A DNA stretch of 43,266 bases, taken from positions 1-43,266 of the IMG/VR virus record IMGVR_UViG_3300045988_018111; one strand, written 5' to 3'. The notes under the pieces were generated by a model that saw nothing but the letters and a program-made list of their open reading frames with translations, ran no database searches and had not been told where the DNA came from. Both the position numbers and the translations under genes were made by a program. The stretch is from a virus. This document shows, in pieces, positions 7,414 to 13,804 of the stretch. The stretch's first letter is position 1; each line of letters starts with the position of its first letter.

Positions 7414-7824
7414 TTAGAACGGCAGCCCGCCGTCGTCCTCGCTGACCTCTGCAAAGCCGCCTGCGGCGCTCTCTACGGCGTATTGCGGTGCGGTGGTATC
7501 ATTGCCCTCCGCGCGCCTGTTGTCTGCGAAATACACGCTGTCAGCCTGCACCTCGTAGCTCCTGCGCTTGTTGCCGTTCTTGTCCGTCCAGTCGCGCATC
7601 TGCAAGCGCCCCTCGACGCCGATCAACCGCCCGCGTCCGGCGTAGTTGCAGAGCACCTCCGCCGTGCCGCGCCATGCGACGACATCGATCCAGTCTGTGC
7701 CGCCCTCTTTGCCGTTGCGATCAACGGCAAGAGGGAACGACACAACGGATACGCCGCTGTTCGTCTTTTTCAGCTCCAAGTCACGCCCGATGCGTCCCAT
7801 CAGGCACACGCGATTCATGCTCAC
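7414..7824 (-). CDS. ssb: Single-stranded DNA-binding protein
   Basis: OB-fold pattern NRVCLMGRIGRDLELKKT...VVAWRG...GRLQMRDW and acidic tail DDGGLPF. Start is GTG 7824 or ATG 7818. Confidence 0.92.
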   Translation of the reverse strand: MSMNRVCLMGRIGRDLELKKTNSGVSVVSFPLAVDRNGKEGGTDWIDVVAWRGTAEVLCNYAGRGRLIGVEGRLQMRDWTDKNGNKRRSYEVQADSVYFADNRRAEGNDTTAPQYAVESAAGGFAEVSEDDGGLPF

Positions 7825-8681
7825 TGTGCGTCACCGTCGCTTTCGATGACCTCGCCGGTCGTCTCGTCCACGGTGTAGTTGGCGTCAATGGATTCCTCTT
7901 CCTGCGCATCTGCGGCGATCACGTCGGCAAGCTGTTTGCCCGCGTCGCGCGTCTGGTAGTCGATGGACATAACACCCCACTTGCCAATCAAAATGCGGTA
8001 GACAGTCTTGCGCGCCATGGCGTCCCAATCATCGCGCCAGCCTTTCCCCTGATATTCACCTTTGCGGAATTTCTTTTCATGTGCGGTGATGGCCTTGACG
8101 CTCATGTAAACAGTCTTTTCGGCCCCATTGATAAGGCGGTAATAACCGACGTATCCGATGACAGGAAGCGCCTCGCGCGCGTCCTCGTCCTCAACGAAAT
8201 CAATGTCAACCTCTTCGGTCAGGCGGTTGTAACTTTTCAATTCGCCCTCGCGCACGTCCACGACGTTGATGGTCTTGTATGCGCCCGTGCGAAGTGCGAG
8301 CTGGTGCATACCTTTCCAGCCGAAAATGAATGTCGCTTCCATCTTTTTTGCGCCAATATCCTTCTTGTAGTTCTTGAATGGCACAATGTAGGCGTAGCCC
8401 AAACTCTGGTCGATGGGGAGGTCAAACATCGCCGCTTTCAGCGAGGACTGAATGACCGTCATCGGGGATTCGTAAAAGGCCTGCTGCAAATTTTTGTCTG
8501 CATTGACCATCGAAACGATGGACGAAATAAACTGCGGCGCGCGCTTGCCAAGCAGCTCGTCAAAGCGCTTGCGCATACCGTCGCGGTCAAGCATATCGTT
8601 TACCAACGCCGTGACGGATACCTGCTTCTGCTGAGGTGATTTCTGCATCGCCTGCGCATTCTGAATCAATCCTTCCTTCAT
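7821..8681 (-). CDS. recT: RecT-family single-strand annealing protein
   Basis: FISSIVSMVNADKNLQ...SLKAAMFDLPIDQSLGYAYIVPF is typical RecT. Start trimmed to ATG 8681 (GGAGG SD, ATGA overlap). Confidence 0.88.
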   Translation of the reverse strand: MKEGLIQNAQAMQKSPQQKQVSVTALVNDMLDRDGMRKRFDELLGKRAPQFISSIVSMVNADKNLQQAFYESPMTVIQSSLKAAMFDLPIDQSLGYAYIVPFKNYKKDIGAKKMEATFIFGWKGMHQLALRTGAYKTINVVDVREGELKSYNRLTEEVDIDFVEDEDAREALPVIGYVGYYRLINGAEKTVYMSVKAITAHEKKFRKGEYQGKGWRDDWDAMARKTVYRILIGKWGVMSIDYQTRDAGKQLADVIAADAQEEESIDANYTVDETTGEVIESDGDAQ

Positions 8682-9664
8682 CTTTCCTTGTCCTCCTTCA
8701 CCGCAAATTTGCGGAAATTTGTCGTTTTGTAGTAACTGCTCAAGTCCATTTCTGGGTGATCCTTGGCAAACGCCCTCGCGTCGAACGTCTGGCGGCTCTG
8801 CCCCTTCCAATCGACCGTGAATCGCCCACAGTAGCCGCGCTCGTTGTCGCCGAGGTCGTTCATGAGCTGCTGCTTGATGGTGTCCGCGTCCTCCTCGATG
8901 ATTTTCTTTTGGCTCATCAGGTACTGATATTGCTCGATCAGGCTCTCGCGCCCGAACAGCTCAACCTCGTCGCCTCCGCCCTCGTAGATGCTCGTGATCG
9001 TCTCCGTCGTGCTCTCCATACCGTCCATCGGCGGCGGGCTGTCAGCCTCCACGTAGTCGTGCCAGAAGTCCGCGGCGCAGCGTTTCAGAGCCTCGATCTC
9101 TTCCGGGCTGACATATACGCTGCTCTCGCACCATTCCGGTGTGTCATCGGTGGGAGTTGTCGTAATCTGGTAGCAGTAAAAGCCCTTGCCCAGCACCAGC
9201 ACCGCGAGATACCACCGCGCCCAGCCGGTCACGGCAAGATACGTCACGCACTGTGCATAGTAGCTCTCGGGGAAATCCCCGCCCTCGTAGCGCTTGAGGC
9301 TCAGCGCGCTCGCAGTCTTGCACTCAAGACCCGCGTTAAGTCCGACCACCTTTCGGTCAATGTTTGCATGCAGGTGTGGGCAGTCATTGCGGCGCATCAG
9401 GTAGTTCATCCGGCGCACCGGCATGCGGCTCACTTCTTCAAAGCGGCTCGCGACGTACTGCTCAAGATCACGCCCCTGCCGCATCGCCTCGTTTTCCGGC
9501 TCTTCACCGATCCTGCCGGTCTTTTCCGCCCATACCGTGTATGGCGAGCGGTATTTGTTCAGCCCCAGCACCGCGCCCATGTCGCTGCCGCCGAGACTCT
9601 TCTTGCGCTCTTTAAGCCACTCCTTGCGGCTCATCCCGCGCGTCGATATCTTCTGCATCTTCAT
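8678..9664 (-). CDS. YqaJ-like (lambda Exo-type) recombination exonuclease
   Basis: WLKERKKSLGGSDMGAVLGLNKYRSPYTVWAEKTG is the YqaJ N-terminal signature. Sits directly upstream of recT. Confidence 0.88.
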   Translation of the reverse strand: MKMQKISTRGMSRKEWLKERKKSLGGSDMGAVLGLNKYRSPYTVWAEKTGRIGEEPENEAMRQGRDLEQYVASRFEEVSRMPVRRMNYLMRRNDCPHLHANIDRKVVGLNAGLECKTASALSLKRYEGGDFPESYYAQCVTYLAVTGWARWYLAVLVLGKGFYCYQITTTPTDDTPEWCESSVYVSPEEIEALKRCAADFWHDYVEADSPPPMDGMESTTETITSIYEGGGDEVELFGRESLIEQYQYLMSQKKIIEEDADTIKQQLMNDLGDNERGYCGRFTVDWKGQSRQTFDARAFAKDHPEMDLSSYYKTTNFRKFAVKEDKER

Positions 9665-9812
9665 CTTTCTTTACCTCGATGTCTTCCGCCCCGCAGAAGG
9701 GGCAGCATAGTGTCGTTTGCGTCTCCACGCCGCGCTCACCGTCAAGGTTCTCGCGCCTGCGCAAGCCGTCGGGCTCGTCAAAGGTCAGCCCGCACCATTC
9801 GCAGCGGTACAT
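9612..9812 (-). CDS. Zinc-ribbon protein (66 aa)
   Basis: MYRCEWCG...CCPFCG. Start trimmed to ATG 9812, overlapping the stop of the preceding micro-ORF. Confidence 0.55.
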   Translation of the reverse strand: MYRCEWCGLTFDEPDGLRRRENLDGERGVETQTTLCCPFCGAEDIEVKKDEDAEDIDARDEPQGVA

Positions 9813-9928
9813 CACATCATCGCCGAGACCGCGATGAGCACCGCCGCCAGCAACAGGCAGATACCGGCAAAAAGCATCGCCTCGTCCGCCTTGCGCTGCT
9901 CTCTCGTGCGCTTGTCGTGCCGTCTCAC
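9812..9928 (-). CDS. Micro-ORF, 38 aa, single hydrophobic helix
   Basis: Not in the track (shorter than 60 aa). GTG overlaps the upstream stop (GTGA). VRRHDKRTREQRKADEAMLFAGICLLLAAVLIAVSAMM. Its stop overlaps the next ATG. Confidence 0.35.
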   Translation of the reverse strand: MRRHDKRTREQRKADEAMLFAGICLLLAAVLIAVSAMM

Positions 9929-10080
9929 CGTCTGCACCCCCTGTCGATATACGGCAGCAGCTCATACAGCACCTTGCACACCGCGCACGCGCCGATGACT
10001 GCGAGGCTCGTCGTGAAGTCGCAGCCGTTGAGCACGATCACCGTAGCGGCGATGCTGCCGAAAAATAACGTGTCGATCAT
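9925..10080 (-). CDS. Micro-ORF, 51 aa, hydrophobic
   Basis: Not in the track. ATGA overlap with 10077..10286. MIDTLFFGSIAATVIVLNGCDFTTSLAVIGACAVCKVLYELLPYIDRGCRR. Confidence 0.4.
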   Translation of the reverse strand: MIDTLFFGSIAATVIVLNGCDFTTSLAVIGACAVCKVLYELLPYIDRGCRR

Positions 10081-10286
10081 GCCTCCACCTCATATCCAAG
10101 AAATTTCAGGAACGAAAGCCGCGGGATGACCGTGATCGTTCCGATGCGGCTGACCGGAAATCCGAGCTGTTCGGGATGGTCTTTCGCCGCAATGCTGATC
10201 GAATAGGGCTTCCGCCCGAGTACCGGCGCGATATCCGCCGGTGTCAGCACCGGCTTGTCCGATGCAAGCATTTCTTCCACCGTCAT
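10077..10286 (-). CDS. Small DNA-binding protein, excisionase/HTH_17-like candidate
   Basis: LTPADIAPVLGRKPYSISIAAK...GFPVSRIG...IPRLSFLKFLG resembles Xis/AlpA-type winged HTH. ATGA overlap with the antirepressor gene. Confidence 0.45.
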   Translation of the reverse strand: MTVEEMLASDKPVLTPADIAPVLGRKPYSISIAAKDHPEQLGFPVSRIGTITVIPRLSFLKFLGYEVEA

Positions 10287-10996
10287 TTGCGTGCTACTTC
10301 CTCTCCAAGAAACTTCTGAATGAAATACTGCTGGCCTTTGCCGGTGACTTTCGTGGTCTTGCTCACCGTCACCGTGCCGTCAGAATGTGTGATCGCCGTT
10401 TCCTTAACGGTGAAAAGCCCCAAGTCCATTGATTTTTGCGTTGGCATATTGAAGTCCGTGCCGTTCCGGCGAATCAGATAGCCGTTTTCGCGCATCCAAC
10501 GGAACAGCCGATGCTGCCCGATATCCACGCCGTTTTGTTTCAGCAACTTCGCCAGCTCACCGACGAGGATCGAAGTCTTGCTTGCGCTGACCGCATCGGC
10601 AAAAAGCACCTTCGGCGCGTCGGCCTCGACCTTGCTTTCAAGCCGCTTGAGCTTGTCCCCTGCGATTTGCAGCGCGCGAGCCATGACTTTCTCCGGGCTG
10701 TTCCAGTCCTTTTCGATTTGAAGAAAATACTGGCGGGCCTGCTTGCCCTTTTCATTGCGCTGGATCATGCAAAGCTCTTTCGCCATGTCGATGGTGAGAA
10801 CCGCGTCCTGCGCGGGGCGGCCTCCGGTACTTTCGCTCAAAAATGAGCAGAAGTCTTCGCCCTCGGTGAACCCGTACTCGCACATTCTCGGGAACCAGTC
10901 TTTATAAGCCGTCTTCACTTCGAGAAAGTCGTGCAGGTCTCGCGCAGAGACCGCAGGGCGGTCATTGTTGTAAGTGATCTTGATTAGCTCGTTCAT
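10283..10996 (-). CDS. Phage antirepressor (AntA/ANT N-terminal plus KilAC C-terminal domains)
   Basis: VSARDLHDFLEVKTAYKDWFPRMCEYGFTEGEDF (AntA-like) and ILVGELAKLLKQNGVDIGQHRLFRWMRENGYL (KilAC-like). Confidence 0.85.
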   Translation of the reverse strand: MNELIKITYNNDRPAVSARDLHDFLEVKTAYKDWFPRMCEYGFTEGEDFCSFLSESTGGRPAQDAVLTIDMAKELCMIQRNEKGKQARQYFLQIEKDWNSPEKVMARALQIAGDKLKRLESKVEADAPKVLFADAVSASKTSILVGELAKLLKQNGVDIGQHRLFRWMRENGYLIRRNGTDFNMPTQKSMDLGLFTVKETAITHSDGTVTVSKTTKVTGKGQQYFIQKFLGEEVARK

Positions 10997-11208
10997 GCGT
11001 CCTCCTTATCCTCGGCGCGCCGTTCAATGATCGCGTCGATTGCGCCCTCCACTCGCTTTCGCGCATCGGGCGGCTTGCGCCTTCCGTTCAAGATCATGCT
11101 GATATAGGCTCTTGTCACGCCCATCTCAGCCGCGACTTCTTCAAACGAAATGCGGTTGGTGTGCATCTTTCCGACTGCACGGCCAGTCCATGCTTCAAGC
11201 AAAGCCAT
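10993..11208 (-). CDS. Cro-like HTH protein, first gene of early operon
   Basis: FEEVAAEMGVTRAYISMILNGRRKP helix-turn-helix. GGAGG lies only 1 nt before ATG 11208, so TTG 11202 (7-nt spacer) may be the real start. Confidence 0.7.
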   Translation of the reverse strand: MALLEAWTGRAVGKMHTNRISFEEVAAEMGVTRAYISMILNGRRKPPDARKRVEGAIDAIIERRAEDKEDA

Positions 11209-11235
11209 TCCTCCCTTTTCATTCTGTTAATTTTG

Positions 11236-11249
11236 TTGACTGCGGCAGG
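11236..11249. promoter_or_regulatory. Operator-like 14-mer TTGACTGCGGCAGG (copy 1), palindromic core CTGCNGCAG
   Basis: The identical 14-mer is found inverted at 11511..11524. Copy 1 overlaps the -35 of P1. Confidence 0.5.
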
Positions 11250-11264
11250 GAAGTTTGCTATACT
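11236..11264 (+). promoter_or_regulatory. Near-consensus sigma-A promoter P1 (TTGACT-17-TATACT)
   Basis: ttgact 11236..11241, exact 17-nt spacer, tatact 11259..11264. Reads rightward, antisense to the early-operon leader. Confidence 0.7.
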
Positions 11265-11302
11265 GCTTTCGCGGGGTTATCTCCATAAAAGGGGGTGATC
11301 GC

Positions 11303-11422
11303 ATGAGAAACGCAGCACACACTTCGTCCGAGCTCGCGTCGCTTGCTGGCAAGTTGATGCATCACGAGGACAAGGACGTTCGTTCTCTTGCCGCCATCGC
11401 CTTAGCTAACCGGCGAAAGTAG
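11303..11422 (+). CDS. Possible 39-aa ORF on the P1 transcript
   Basis: Not in the track. GGGGGTG lies 6 nt before the ATG. MRNAAHTSSELASLAGKLMHHEDKDVRSLAAIALANRRK. It could equally be a non-coding antisense RNA. Confidence 0.3.
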   Translation: MRNAAHTSSELASLAGKLMHHEDKDVRSLAAIALANRRK

Positions 11423-11471
11423 GTCAGCTAACAGGAGAAAAGATGAAGCTACTCGCACATTTTTGCCCCGC

Positions 11472-11510
11472 AGCCGCCTTGATGCTCACGCATCGGGGCG
11501 GCTTCCTTTT
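11472..11510 (+). terminator. Stem-loop with T-rich tail, candidate terminator of the P1 transcript
   Basis: AGCCGCC-tt-GATGC-tcac-GCATC-gg-GGCGGCT followed by tccttttcc. Confidence 0.4.
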
Positions 11511-11524
11511 CCTGCCGCAGTCAA
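11511..11524. promoter_or_regulatory. Operator-like 14-mer (copy 2, inverted)
   Basis: cctgccgcagtcaa is the reverse complement of TTGACTGCGGCAGG. It ends 9 bp upstream of the -35 of P2. Confidence 0.5.
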
Positions 11525-11532
11525 ATTTGGGG

Positions 11533-11561
11533 TTGCATAAGTTAACTAACCGTGCTATTAT
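11533..11561 (+). promoter_or_regulatory. Sigma-A promoter P2 (TTGCAT-17-TATTAT), candidate repressor promoter
   Basis: ttgcat 11533..11538, 17-nt spacer containing the palindrome AGTTAACT, tattat 11556..11561. Confidence 0.65.
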
Positions 11562-11650
11562 GCAGATAGCCGAACCACATAAGAGCTTGACACGGACGAA
11601 TGAATCGTCGGGGTCTGGTTTTATGTTCCCTTTTTCAACTCCACGTCCAA

Positions 11651-11679
11651 ATTATACGGTTAGAATAGTTAGAAGTCAA
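11651..11679 (-). promoter_or_regulatory. Consensus-like sigma-A promoter P3 (TTGACT-17-TATAAT), candidate early lytic promoter
   Basis: Minus strand: TTGACT (11679..11674), 17 nt, TATAAT (11656..11651). It is the only strong minus-strand promoter I found in the 11209..11729 gap. The spacer carries tandem GTTAGAA on the plus strand. Confidence 0.7.
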
Positions 11680-11729
11680 GGCAAAATTGTTAACTTTTCT
11701 ATCTTCGTCGATCTGTTCAAAAACGTCCT

Positions 11730-12074
11730 ATGGAATTAACTACTTTTTACAAAAATTTCGTATCCCTCTGCACTAAAAACGGTCTGAACCCATCAGGTGT
11801 AGCCAAAGCAATCGGCCTTTCAAATGCTGCTGCGACCGGATGGAAAAAAGGGAAAATGCCAAATGATACTACTCGGGAAAAATTGGCAAACTATTTCCAC
11901 GTGACTGTTGCCGATCTAATAGGGGACGACTGCGCAGAAAAAGAAGCCGCCGCCCCGAAGGACGTCGGCCTTTCCCCGATGGAATCTCAGTTAATGGAAT
12001 ATGTCCGCACACTTACGGACGATCAAAAGAAGATGCTGCTGGCACAGTTGCAGGCGCTAAAGAATCAAGAATGA
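11730..12074 (+). CDS. CI-like XRE-family repressor (114 aa)
   Basis: FVSLCTKNGLNPSGVAKAIGLSNAAATGWKKGKMP HTH. Divergent from the early operon. No SD before the ATG. Confidence 0.8.
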   Translation: MELTTFYKNFVSLCTKNGLNPSGVAKAIGLSNAAATGWKKGKMPNDTTREKLANYFHVTVADLIGDDCAEKEAAAPKDVGLSPMESQLMEYVRTLTDDQKKMLLAQLQALKNQE

Positions 12075-12138
12075 TACGTTTCTGTTCATCGCTGAGATCG
12101 CGGAACGCCTGTAAGATTTCGCTGTCGATGTCTTTCAT
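12013..12138 (-). CDS. 41-codon ORF convergent with and overlapping the repressor 3' end; mimics the repressor C-terminal tail
   Basis: Not in the track. GGAGG lies 8 nt before ATG 12138. MKDIDSEILQAFRDLSDEQKRIILDSL... aligns with the repressor C-terminus ESQLMEYVRTLTDDQKKMLLAQL. Confidence 0.4.
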   Translation of the reverse strand: MKDIDSEILQAFRDLSDEQKRIILDSLAPATVPAASSFDRP

Positions 12139-12231
12139 CTATGTATCCTCCGTATGTAAATAGTTTCACTTATCATATACCGCGCCGAGGTTCATTTCGC
12201 CACGGCGGAATGGTTTTAGGAGGTCTTGTGC

Positions 12232-13182
12232 ATGGGATTGTATACCGACCCGAATTACTTTGAAAAGCAAGCGCACTACCAGCACCGCAAAGTAAAGAAA
12301 GTCATTAAGGCGGTGTCCTCTAAGTCAAAGCAGCCTGCCCCTGATGAGGCGGTATCAGAAACCTCGACGCAGGTTGAGCCGGAATCCGCCTCACGCGATA
12401 TCCATGATTATCCCGTTGAACCAACAGTTGATGAATTTGACGAATCTCCCGGCCTAACTCAAATGACGCAAGAAGAATACGACGCGTTCATGATGGGAAT
12501 GACCGTCGAGCAATACCGCGTCTATCGTCAAATGGTTTTAGAAAACGAAGCCAAGCGAAACAGGCAGAAGCAGCCAAATAGGAAGCGGCGCTCTCCGGAA
12601 GTTGATCTTCTGCTGGCAGCATTGAAACCATTGTGCTTCGCGCTCGTCATCTGCGGGGTCATCTGGATTTCAATCGAAAAAGATGTCCCTTTGAAAGAAT
12701 CTGACATGAATGACACCCCACCAATAAAGTCAACAACTGAAACAACTGGCGGCGGGGGCGGCAGGCTCGTTCCATTGCAGCCTGTGCCCATTCAAAACGG
12801 ACAGATTGTCACATATCCGTCTGGCGATCAGGTCGCACCTTTGACAGTACAAACCGCCGGCGGCTCAAATTTCTATATCGTGCTAAACCCAATCGACAGA
12901 GAGGCAATATCTAACGGAGCGATGTCTTTCCTCGTGTCGGCAAAAAGTGCCGAAGTAGATGTTCCTCTCGGGACATACGAAATCTATTATGCGTATGGTT
13001 CGGACTGGTACGGGAAAGAATATAAGTTTGGTGAAAACACCGAGTACTTCAAATGCAACGAAATGTTTGAATTTACCGCAGATGACGAGATGGTTTACGG
13101 TTGGACGCTTACTCTCTATAAAGTATCCAACGGGAATATGAGCACTGATATAGTGCCAAAAGATTCTTTCCCGGATATTTAA
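12232..13182 (+). CDS. Single-pass membrane protein of unknown function (lysogeny-module cargo)
   Basis: ATG 12232 lies 8 nt after TAGGAGG. Charged N-terminal region, TM helix LLLAALKPLCFALVICGVIWISI, then an approximately 165-aa C-terminal domain (…VPLGTYEIYYAYGSDWYGKEYKFGENTEYF…). AT-richer than its neighbours. Confidence 0.7.
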   Translation: MGLYTDPNYFEKQAHYQHRKVKKVIKAVSSKSKQPAPDEAVSETSTQVEPESASRDIHDYPVEPTVDEFDESPGLTQMTQEEYDAFMMGMTVEQYRVYRQMVLENEAKRNRQKQPNRKRRSPEVDLLLAALKPLCFALVICGVIWISIEKDVPLKESDMNDTPPIKSTTETTGGGGGRLVPLQPVPIQNGQIVTYPSGDQVAPLTVQTAGGSNFYIVLNPIDREAISNGAMSFLVSAKSAEVDVPLGTYEIYYAYGSDWYGKEYKFGENTEYFKCNEMFEFTADDEMVYGWTLTLYKVSNGNMSTDIVPKDSFPDI

Positions 13183-13188
13183 GTAAAA

Positions 13189-13224
13189 GCCCTCGCCGCC
13201 TCTGCAACACCGGCGAGGGCTTTT
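13189..13224 (+). terminator. Rho-independent terminator
   Basis: gccctcgccg-N12-cggcgagggc perfect 10-bp stem followed by tttt. A second GCAGCGG/CCGCTGC hairpin follows. Confidence 0.8.
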
Positions 13225-13339
13225 CAGCAGCAGCGGGGAGCGGTCGCCGCTGCTTGCTTTGACCATATCGCGCTTTACCTTACCACTTCAATACCAAGAC
13301 CTTGCAACACGACGGCATTCGACCGCGTTCGACAGACCC

Positions 13340-13359
13340 ACTTTTGGCACCCCAAAAGT
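13340..13359. promoter_or_regulatory. Perfect 8-bp-arm palindrome ACTTTTGG-cacc-CCAAAAGT upstream of the HTH-TM gene
   Basis: Read directly. Lies 30 bp before ATG 13390. Candidate operator or hairpin. Confidence 0.4.
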
Positions 13360-13389
13360 ACGAAAACCGGAAAAGTTAAGGTGATATAA

Positions 13390-13803
13390 ATGAACATTCA
13401 AGAGCTGTGTAGAATCCGTAAAGAAGAACTGAAACTGACCTATCAGGACATTTCCGACGCTTCCGGCGTGCCGCTGTCCACCGTCCAGAACTTCTTTTCC
13501 AAGCTGTCGAAAGCCCCGTCCATTTATACCGTCGCGCCGATCTGCAAGGTGCTCGGCATATCCCTTGATGAAATATTCGGAATTTCCGAACACTTGACGC
13601 CGACCGAGGAAACTTTGCAGGCGCGCAATGATGAGTTGGAACGCCATGTTGACGCAAAGGCTGATACCATTGAGATCATGCGGCGCGGCGTCCGTATCCG
13701 AAACGGCGTGATTTTAATTCTGTTTATCATGGTGGTGTTGCTGGCTGCATGGGGTTTGTATATCGATATGCACTGCGTCGACTATGGATTTTGGAGGGGC
13801 TGA
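13390..13803 (+). CDS. Membrane-anchored XRE-family HTH protein (137 aa)
   Basis: N-terminal HTH LTYQDISDASGVPLSTVQNFFSK, central helical region, C-terminal TM VILILFIMVVLLAAWGLYI. AAGGTGAT SD. Confidence 0.75.
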   Translation: MNIQELCRIRKEELKLTYQDISDASGVPLSTVQNFFSKLSKAPSIYTVAPICKVLGISLDEIFGISEHLTPTEETLQARNDELERHVDAKADTIEIMRRGVRIRNGVILILFIMVVLLAAWGLYIDMHCVDYGFWRG

Positions 13804-13804
13804 C

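Noticed and set aside
11443-11739. 98-aa plus-strand ORF with an AGGAG SD in the switch region
   Set aside because: It spans the hairpin, both operator-like sites and promoters P2 and P3, runs through the most AT-rich non-coding DNA, and ends inside the repressor start. At most a short N-terminal peptide could be real.
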